A stretch of 64,000 nucleotides of DNA from contig CM022667.1 in the NCBI GenBank assembly GCA_012295275.1, positions 6,696,001 through 6,760,000 of the forward strand, given 5' to 3'. The notes under the pieces were generated by a model. The model saw only the letters and a list, made by a program, of their open reading frames with translations, did no database searches and was not told the origin of the DNA. Numbering within the stretch: position 1 is the stretch's first letter; each line of letters begins with the position of its first letter. The stretch is from Chrysomallon squamiferum. Taxonomy: Eukaryota > Animalia > Mollusca. The translations under genes were made by a program, and so were the position numbers. This document shows positions 63,293 to 64,000 of this stretch, piece after piece.

Positions 63293-63831
63293 TCAGTAAT
63301 GAATTTTAAATTTCAGTTCTGCACAAAGGAAGACAGCAGATTTCTCATCCAGAATTTTAGCTACTATCCTGTAGTTTGCCTGAAATAAATAAATAATAAT
63401 AATAGAAAATGATAATAGAACAATACAAAACTAACTATAATTAAAAAAAAAAAAAAAAAAAAAAAAATACAGAGAAAAACATTAAAAAAAACCCCAAAAC
63501 CCATGTGACACTTACCTATAGTGACACATAGAATAATCATAAATTTTACAATCTTTACGAGGTATTTTTGTTACTAAACGAATTTCAGGTAATTGTTTTT
63601 GTCATGAGGGAAACTATCCATACACAAAGAAATACAAATATTACAAACATACATAAACCCATCCATCCACCCATTTATTTATAATACATACACATGCCCA
63701 TGTGCGATACATATGCATATATGATTGGTGATATTTTGTCTGCTATGTAAAATTATTATTAAATATTTATGCTGTACTTACAGTTGGTAAGGCGCTGATA
63801 TCCGGAATAGAACGTGAACCACTTATTTGTT
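63293..63831 (-). CDS. Last two exons of a further ML-domain gene (recent duplicate of copy 2), continuing beyond the window
   Basis: Exons 63831-63782 (QISGSRSIPDISALPT) and 63379-63293 (ANYRIVAKILDEKSAVFLCAELKFKIHY*). Confidence 0.8.
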
Positions 63832-64000
63832 CTGAAACAAAAATATTTAATTTGAAATGAAATAAATAAATATACAAAACTAAAACCAAAAATTAGTTCA
63901 ACTAACAGTCTTACATTTATAAACTGTTGCTTTTTGTTTTTTCAGTCATTGTTATGAATTACATGTTTTACACACATTTGTAAAGTAAGATTAAAACTGA

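Larger units (their letters stand above)
61074..64000 (+). repeat. Segmental duplication, copy B
   Basis: Direct repeat of 54790-57505 with indels and an added minisatellite. Confidence 0.9.

Overview
AT-rich, microsatellite-laden animal genomic DNA with spliceosomal introns. A mollusc, probably a gastropod, is inferred from the ShK/VWC gene architecture and the repeat style; this is not proven. Gene order: 3' part of RANBP9/10 (+); intronless mitochondrial EF-G1 GFM1 (-), head-to-head with DCAF11/WDR23 (+); a divergent pair of paralogous ShK + VWC-like genes (the - copy has a signal peptide and long Gly-Thr repeats); TANGO6 (-); and a tandem cluster of ML-domain lipid-binding genes (-) comprising two complete genes, an orphan first exon and the 3' end of a recent duplicate. 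At least six single-base indels in short homopolymers break conserved frames, most likely assembly errors. The most unusual signal is that about ten unrelated minisatellites sit on exon-intron junctions, many duplicating the splice site plus flanking exon bases. Other leads are a possible alternative first exon and a fast-diverging exon in the ML cluster, uORFs overlapping the DCAF11 start, and a GC-AG intron. Exon boundaries were read by eye and may be off by a few bases.
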